A program made the position numbers and the translations under genes. From Cereibacter sphaeroides 2.4.1 (GTDB lineage Bacteria; Pseudomonadota; Alphaproteobacteria; Rhodobacterales; Rhodobacteraceae), in the NCBI RefSeq assembly GCF_000012905.2, contig NC_007488.2, positions 30,001-62,000 on the forward strand: a stretch of 32,000 nucleotides of DNA, in the 5' to 3' direction. The notes below the pieces were generated by a model. That model saw only the letters and a list, made by a program, of their open reading frames with translations, was not told the origin of the DNA and ran no database searches. Below are positions 27,256-32,000 of this stretch, one piece after another; positions within the stretch are counted from its first letter, which is position 1; every line of letters starts with the position of its first letter.

Positions 27256-27738
27256 ATGAGCGACCCCCTGATCTTCGACAGCTGGACCGGCCTCGGGCGG
27301 ATCCTGCTGGCCGGCACCCTCGCCTACGGCGCGTTGGTGGCGATGCTGCGCGTCTCGGGCAAGCGCACGCTGAGCAAGATGAACGCCTTCGACCTGATCG
27401 TGACCGTGGCCCTCGGCTCGACGCTGGCCACCGTGATCCTGAACCGGAGCGTGCCGCTGGCCGAGGGCGTGCTGGCGCTGGCCCTGCTGATCTGCCTGCA
27501 ATATGCGATCACCTGGACATCGGTGCGCTGGCCTCTGGCCGAGAGCATCGTCAAGAGCGAGCCCACGCTGCTCCTGCACGAAGGCTGCTTCCTCGACGAT
27601 GCCATGCGCCGTCAGCGCGTCACGCAGGCCGAGATCCTCGCGGCCCTGCGCGAGAGCGGCCTCGACAGCCCCGGCGCCGCCCGCTCCGTGGTGCTCGAGA
27701 CGGACGGCAGCCTCTCGGTCGTGTCGCGCACGGACTGA
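27256..27738 (+). CDS. DUF421 (YetF-like) membrane protein
   Basis: AAAGGAGG lies upstream of ATG 27256. The sequence begins MSDPLIFDSWTGLGRILLAGTLAYGALVAMLRVSGKRTLSKMNAFDLIVTVALGS. The product is 160 aa. The longer track ORF from 26998 has an Arg/Pro-rich non-coding-looking extension. Confidence 0.8.
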   Translation: MSDPLIFDSWTGLGRILLAGTLAYGALVAMLRVSGKRTLSKMNAFDLIVTVALGSTLATVILNRSVPLAEGVLALALLICLQYAITWTSVRWPLAESIVKSEPTLLLHEGCFLDDAMRRQRVTQAEILAALRESGLDSPGAARSVVLETDGSLSVVSRTD

Positions 27739-27773
27739 CGCGGCGTGGAGGCGGGCTCTGGGCCGTGTCCGCC

Positions 27774-27840
27774 GTGTGCATCAAGAAAATTCCCGCTGCA
27801 CACTTGCTCGATGTGCAGCGGAAAGATATTTGATGCACAC
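27774..27840. promoter_or_regulatory. 67-bp nested inverted repeat built from four TGTGCA/TGCACA hexamers; candidate operator overlapping a promoter for the nucleotidyltransferase gene, or a terminator of the DUF421 gene
   Basis: Outer arms are GTGTGCATCA (27774-27783) and TGATGCACAC (27831-27840). Inner arms are CGCTGCACA (27794-27802) and TGTGCAGCG (27812-27820). A possible -35 TTGCTC (27804-27809), 17-nt spacer and -10 TATTTG (27827-27832) lie inside the dyad. Confidence 0.45.
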
Positions 27841-27878
27841 ACTGGCCCTGAGGCGCAGACGGTCGGAGGAGACCCGCC

Positions 27879-28898
27879 ATGACGATCCGCTCGCATTCCC
27901 GCGCCGCGCAGGTCGCCTATCAGGACCTGCTCCGGCTTCATCTCGACGAGAGCGCCTCGGCGCTGATCGGCAGCATCGAGCAGCGCACCCGCAACGGGCG
28001 GATCTATCTCTACGACAAGTTCCGCATCGGCACCGAGATGAAGAGCCGCTACCTCGGCGAGGGCACGCCCGAGCTTGTCGCGCGGCTCGAGCGGGCGGCG
28101 GCGCTGAAGGCCGGGGCCGAGGAGCGCCGGGCGACCATGGCGCGCTTGGCCCGGGTGCTGCGCGCGGAGGGCTTCACCGGCACCGACCGCGAGACGGGCT
28201 CGCTGCTTCTGGCCTTCGCGCGGGCGGGCGTGTTCCGGCTGGGCGGGACGCTGGTGGGCACGGCCGCCTATGCGCTCTATCAGGGCGAGCTCGGCGTGCG
28301 GTTCGATGCCGAGGAACTGGCCCAGACCGGGGACATCGACTTCGCGAGTTTCGAGCGGCTGTCGGTCGCGCTCGGCGACCGCGTCGAGGAGGAGCCGGGC
28401 GACATCCTGCAGGCGCTGAAGTTCGATCCGGTGCCGGGGTTGGCCGACCGGCAGGTCTGGAAATGGCGCCAGAGCCGCGGGCAGGCGATGGTCGAGTTCC
28501 TGACGCCCGCCTTCGGCGACGAACGGGTGAAGCCGCTGCCCGCGCTCGGCATCAGTGCGCAGGCGCTGAACTATCTCAACTTCCTGATCGCGGAGCCCAT
28601 TCCCGCCGTGGCGCTCTACCGCTCCGGCGTGCTGGTGCAGATCCCGCGGCCCGAGCGGTTCGCGATCCACAAGCTGATCGTGGCCGACCGCCGCCGCGAC
28701 GGCCCGGACCGGGCCAAGGCGCGGAAGGATCGCGGGCAGGCGGCCTTCCTGACCGAGCTGCTGGCCGCCGACCGGCCCGACGATCTGGCCGACGCCTACC
28801 GCGACGCCCTCGGACGCGGCCCGCGCTGGCGCCAGCGGATCGAGGCGAGCCTTTCGCGGATGCCCGCCACGGCGGAGATCCTGCGCGACCTCGGCTGA
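27879..28898 (+). CDS. Nucleotidyltransferase-fold protein of the GSU2403 / NTP_transf_8-like type (AbiEii/MenT-like minimal NTase core with an N-terminal extra domain)
   Basis: 339 aa with GGAGGAG upstream of ATG 27879. The NTase signature is LGGTLVGTAAYALY...TGDIDFA. The C-terminal part is HKLIVADRRRDG..KARKDRGQAAFLTELL. The family assignment is from memory of family signatures, not a search. Confidence 0.75.
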   Translation: MTIRSHSRAAQVAYQDLLRLHLDESASALIGSIEQRTRNGRIYLYDKFRIGTEMKSRYLGEGTPELVARLERAAALKAGAEERRATMARLARVLRAEGFTGTDRETGSLLLAFARAGVFRLGGTLVGTAAYALYQGELGVRFDAEELAQTGDIDFASFERLSVALGDRVEEEPGDILQALKFDPVPGLADRQVWKWRQSRGQAMVEFLTPAFGDERVKPLPALGISAQALNYLNFLIAEPIPAVALYRSGVLVQIPRPERFAIHKLIVADRRRDGPDRAKARKDRGQAAFLTELLAADRPDDLADAYRDALGRGPRWRQRIEASLSRMPATAEILRDLG

Positions 28899-28996
28899 GA
28901 GAGACCGCTCCCGCGCCGGGCCTATGCCTGCCGCGGGGTCTCGTGCGGGAGGAGGGGGCCTTGGCGCGGGACGCCGCCGCTGCCGGCAGGCGAGGC

Positions 28997-29113
28997 GGCA
29001 CCCCGCGGAGAGGCGGAGGTCCTTGCCGATCCCGCCGGGGCAGGGAGGCGGCTGGCGGCGGGCAAGAGGGCATCCCCCCGGGAGAGGCGGATGCCCTGCC
29101 GATCCGGGCAGGG
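28997..29113. repeat. Two imperfect copies (~45-49 bp) of a hairpin-forming GC-rich element between convergent genes
   Basis: R1 is 28997-29045 (GGCACCCCGCGGAGAGGCGGAGGTCCTTGCCGATCCCGCCGGGGCAGGG). R2 is 29069-29113 (GGCATCCCCCCGGGAGAGGCGGATGCCCTGCCGATCCGGGCAGGG). R2 forms GGCATCC/GGATGCC and CCCTGCC/GGCAGGG stems. Confidence 0.6.
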
Positions 29114-29129
29114 CGCCGCCCCGGGTCCG

Positions 29130-30320
29130 CTAGGCCCCGGCGAGGAAGAAGCGCACCATCTCGGCCGAGGCATCGGGACCGGCCGGATCGGTGTAGGAGC
29201 CGGCGGCCCGTCCGCCCGACCAGGCATGGCCCGATCCCTCGATGCGCCAGAGTTCGGCCAGTGCGGTTCCGTCGGCAGCCGCATGGGTCTCGCGTCGCCA
29301 TGTCCGCCCGCCGGGGCTGCGCCCCTGCTCGGTGCGCGCCGCCGACTGCCGCCCGCCGACCGCCGCGTCGATCAGCCGCTGCGCATTGTCGGGATGCACC
29401 GTGGCATCCGCCGTGCCGTGGAAGACGATGGTGCGCGGCGCCCCGCCTGCCGCGGGCCGTGCCGCCTGCCCGTCGCCCCGCATGGCCGCGAAGGCCGAGA
29501 TGACATCGTGCGCCGCCCGGTGCGGCAGGCCGGAATGGACCCCCACGGCCGAGAAGAGCTCGGGGTGCGTGGCCCCGAGCGTCGCGGCCATCGCCCCGCC
29601 CGCCGAGAGGCCCGCGACGAAGATCCGCCCCGCATCCACGTCATGCCGGGCGGCCACCGCCCGCACGAGGTCGGCCAGAAGCGCGGGCTCGCCGCGGTGG
29701 GCCTCCTGATCGCCGGGCCGGAACCAGTTCCAGCAGCCCTGCGCATTGTGGCTGCGGTCCTGATGCGGATAGAGGACGATCAGCCCGTGCCGCTCGGCCG
29801 CCGCGTTCATCCCGGTGCCTGCCGCGAAATCCTCGGGCGTCTGGGTGCAGCCGTGCAGCATCAGGACGAGCCCCGGCCGACCCTCCGGCTGCGCCGCGGG
29901 TATATAGAGCCGGTAGTCGCGGGCACCGGCGGTGCCTGCGTGATGGAGCCGCTCGAACCGGGCGCCCGTGGGAAGGGCAGGCTCGGCCCCCCGTCCGGCG
30001 TCGGCGGACGCGAGGCCCGTGGGGCGCAGCCGGCGGAGGGCATCGACCGCGGCCCCCATCCGGCGACGCGGGGGGGCGGCGGAGGCCTCCGGCGCGGCCT
30101 GCGCCCGCGGTGCGCGGCCGCCGAGCACTTCGGCCTCCTCGATCCCGTCGAAGGAGGCTGCGGGCGCCGGCCGCGTGGCCTCCTGCGCTGCGGGTTCGCC
30201 GCTCGCCCCGGTCTCGCGGCCCCGCAGCAGATCCTGGATCGCCCGCGTGGCCCCCGCCGGATCGCCGGCGCGCACCTGATCGAGCGCCCGGCCCATGGCC
30301 GTCGCAAACTCCGTCTTCAT
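29130..30320 (-). CDS. PHB depolymerase-family esterase (alpha/beta hydrolase, LpqC-like)
   Basis: 396 aa. The N-terminal region MKTEFATAMGRALDQVRAGDPAGATRAIQDLL is typical of this family in alphaproteobacteria. The nucleophile elbow is GLSAGGAM. The MLHGCTQT and CWNWF motifs are present. Confidence 0.85.
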   Translation of the reverse strand: MKTEFATAMGRALDQVRAGDPAGATRAIQDLLRGRETGASGEPAAQEATRPAPAASFDGIEEAEVLGGRAPRAQAAPEASAAPPRRRMGAAVDALRRLRPTGLASADAGRGAEPALPTGARFERLHHAGTAGARDYRLYIPAAQPEGRPGLVLMLHGCTQTPEDFAAGTGMNAAAERHGLIVLYPHQDRSHNAQGCWNWFRPGDQEAHRGEPALLADLVRAVAARHDVDAGRIFVAGLSAGGAMAATLGATHPELFSAVGVHSGLPHRAAHDVISAFAAMRGDGQAARPAAGGAPRTIVFHGTADATVHPDNAQRLIDAAVGGRQSAARTEQGRSPGGRTWRRETHAAADGTALAELWRIEGSGHAWSGGRAAGSYTDPAGPDASAEMVRFFLAGA

Positions 30321-30353
30321 CTCGGTCTTCCTTGCCAGAGGGGCGCTGTGCGC

Positions 30354-30761
30354 CTAGCGGATGCGGTCCCGGAGGGCCGCCTTGATCTCGGCGGACGCCT
30401 GAAGCGCCCCGAGCACGGTGAGAGAGCCGATGGTGGCGCGCGCCAGATCGGCAGAGACGTCCGACGCGATCCGGGCCAGTCCCACGACGCGCACATGCAG
30501 CAGCTCACCCGCCGCCTGTGCGGCCTCGAGCTCGGCCCGGCCGATGTCGCGCAGGCCGAGCTCGAGCGTGTGGCGCTCGATCGAGCGCGTCACGGCGTCG
30601 GCCTCGGTTCCCAGCTGGTTGCGGATGGCGGTGCGGATGAAGTCGCTCCGGTTGGCGTAGAAGCCTTCCTGCACCAGAAGGTCGATCCGCCCGAGGTCCA
30701 CCGGCCCGAGGTTGATCGTGATCTTCTCGCTGTCGCTGGTCTTCGGAGCCGGGGGCTGCAT
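30354..30761 (-). CDS. Ribbon-helix-helix (CopG/Arc/MetJ-like) DNA-binding protein with an ~80-aa C-terminal domain
   Basis: I chose the start at MQPPAPKT (ATG 30761-30759), with GGAGA 7 nt upstream. The RHH core is KITINLGPVDLGRIDLLVQEGFYANRSDFIRTAIRNQL. The gene ends 33 nt upstream of the esterase gene on the same strand. Confidence 0.8.
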   Translation of the reverse strand: MQPPAPKTSDSEKITINLGPVDLGRIDLLVQEGFYANRSDFIRTAIRNQLGTEADAVTRSIERHTLELGLRDIGRAELEAAQAAGELLHVRVVGLARIASDVSADLARATIGSLTVLGALQASAEIKAALRDRIR

Positions 30762-30770
30762 CGTGTGTCT

Positions 30771-30814
30771 CCATCCGTGTGGATGGTATATGGATGTTGA
30801 AGCGGCCGATGCAA
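30771..30814 (-). promoter_or_regulatory. Candidate sigma70-type promoter (TTGCAT-17 nt-ATATAC on the minus strand) followed by the palindrome CCATCC-GTGT-GGATGG just upstream of the RHH gene
   Basis: On the plus strand: palindrome 30771-30786, -10 complement GTATAT 30786-30791, -35 complement ATGCAA 30809-30814. A further TGGATG copy lies at 30791-30796. The layout fits an autoregulated RHH operator. Confidence 0.35.
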
Positions 30815-31157
30815 GGGGCGACGAGCGCGCCCGCGCCTGACGTCGCGGCGCCCTCGGCGGGCGGTGCCACCCTGGCCGCAAGGGCCGGACGACGTCCACG
30901 GGCAGTCCCGAGGACCGTGGTCAGTTATGCGGGCACGGAGCGGGAGAGGGATCGAAGGCCGGGCGCGCCGGGGCGTCAGAAGAGCGCGCCGGATCGGGCA
31001 GCTTCGGAGGGGGCCGCGCCGGAGGACGGGGGGCCGGGGTCGTCACAGGAGCGCACTGGATCAGACAGCTCGTGCGGAGGCAACGTCGGACGGGCAGGCC
31101 ACGGGAGGCGCAGGAAGAGAACGGCAGACGCCGGAGGGACGTTCTCCGTCCGAAGCG

Positions 31158-32000
31158 TCAGAAGCGCGCGCTGCGGCGCGAGCGGGCGAGCTTCGCGCGG
31201 GGTGGGGGGGCTTCGGCGGCGGTTTCATGGGCGAGGGTCGTGCAGACCCAGCGCCAGGTCTCGGCCAGCCCCTCCTCGAGGCCGATGCGCGGGGCCCAGT
31301 CGAAGGCTGCGCGCGCGCGGGAGATGTCGAGCACCACACGGGGCACGTCGTAGCCGCGGCCGGGCTGGCGGAGCGCGCGGACGGGCGGGCCGCCCGAAGC
31401 CTGGACGGTGCGGTCGATCCCGGCCACGATCTCGGCCACCGAGGTGCCGGTGCCGCTGCCCGCGTTGAAGAAGCCGCAGGTGTCCGAGCGCAGGGTCGCA
31501 ACGCAGAGCGCCGCCAGATCGCGGACATGGATGAAGTCGCGCGTCACCTGCCCGTCGCCCCAGATCTCGACCGGCTCGCCGCGCGCGGCGCGCCACAGGT
31601 GGGTGCCGATGATCCCCTGCACGCCGGTGTGGCCCTGTCGCGGCCCGTAGGGGTTCGAGGCGCGCAGCACCACGGGCGCCAGCCCGTAGAGCGCCTGCTC
31701 CATGCGGATGTAGCTCTCGATCGCGACCTTCACGATGCCGTAGGATCCGATGGGGCGCAGCGGATGCTCCTCGGGCACCGGATCGGCCTGCGGCACGCCA
31801 TAGACCGTGCCGCCGGACGAGAGGAACACGAGCCGCCGCTTGCCCGTCGCGCGCATCACGTCGAGAAGCCGCACCGTCGCCAGAAGATTGGCTTCGATGT
31901 CGAGCCCCGGGTTGAGGTTCGCGGTCGCGGGCACCGTCGCGCTCGCCAGATGGAGCACCGCCTCGACGTCGTGCAGCGCCCGGAACACCAGAGCCGGGTC
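31158..32000 (-). CDS. NAD-dependent epimerase/dehydratase (extended SDR, UDP-glucose 4-epimerase-like), C-terminal part; the N-terminus lies beyond the window end
   Basis: The frame stays open to the window edge (..DPALVFRALHDVEAVLHLAS..). YGIVK (YxxxK) and the NPYGPRQ and DFIHVRD motifs are present. The ATG at 31988 in the track is internal. Confidence 0.85.
   Translation of the reverse strand, partial: DPALVFRALHDVEAVLHLASATVPATANLNPGLDIEANLLATVRLLDVMRATGKRRLVFLSSGGTVYGVPQADPVPEEHPLRPIGSYGIVKVAIESYIRMEQALYGLAPVVLRASNPYGPRQGHTGVQGIIGTHLWRAARGEPVEIWGDGQVTRDFIHVRDLAALCVATLRSDTCGFFNAGSGTGTSVAEIVAGIDRTVQASGGPPVRALRQPGRGYDVPRVVLDISRARAAFDWAPRIGLEEGLAETWRWVCTTLAHETAAEAPPPRAKLARSRRSARF

Noticed and set aside
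27612-28670. 352-aa minus-strand ORF opposite the nucleotidyltransferase
   Set aside because: The plus-strand frame shows strong third-position GC bias, a good SD and the NTase motifs. The minus frame is an Arg/Ala/Gly/Leu-rich shadow.
22132-31157. Genomic island or mobile element interpretation of the accessory-looking right-hand third
   Set aside because: I found no integrase, transposase, tRNA attachment site or flanking direct repeats, and the base composition looks like the rest of the window. This cannot be excluded without comparative genomics.

Overview
High-GC DNA (well above 60% G+C by eye, not computed). Gene content and order look alphaproteobacterial and strongly resemble Cereibacter/Rhodobacter sphaeroides. 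I support 29 protein-coding genes, two of them truncated by the window edges. I saw no rRNA, tRNA, CRISPR array, transposase or integrase.

The window has three blocks:
- (i) 1-9.2 kb: the taurine dissimilation locus tauR | tauKLM-tauXY-xsc-tauZ-pta. This is a described pathway.
- (ii) 9.2-22.1 kb: a betaine-type catabolic supercluster. It holds a non-pyrrolysine MttB-family methyltransferase flanked by two intrinsic terminators, an HpbD-like enolase-superfamily epimerase and two coupled SDRs. A convergent gntR / dapA-like / aldehyde dehydrogenase / FAD oxidase operon matches the lower hydroxyproline pathway. A divergent proVWX-type importer and a GlxA/GbdR-type AraC regulator complete the block.
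- (iii) 22.1-32 kb: an accessory-looking mix. It contains a secreted DUF3365 c-type heme protein and an 1112-aa serralysin-RTX-PPC protease with a small secreted downstream partner but no adjacent type I secretion genes. It also holds a DUF421 membrane protein, a solitary GSU2403-type nucleotidyltransferase behind a 67-bp nested palindrome, an RHH regulator with a PHB-depolymerase-family esterase, a 396-bp noncoding gap whose distal ~130 bp carry strand-biased GGAGG motifs, and a partial NAD-dependent epimerase.

The best candidates for something not yet described are:
- the MttB homolog standing where N-demethylases are expected in a hydroxyproline-betaine cluster;
- the oversized protease plus its small partner;
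- the palindrome-guarded orphan nucleotidyltransferase;
- the CCUCC-rich putative RNA region.
None of these can be proven from sequence alone.

Many very long ORFs in the supplied track are antisense or out-of-frame shadows typical of high-GC DNA, and I rejected them.
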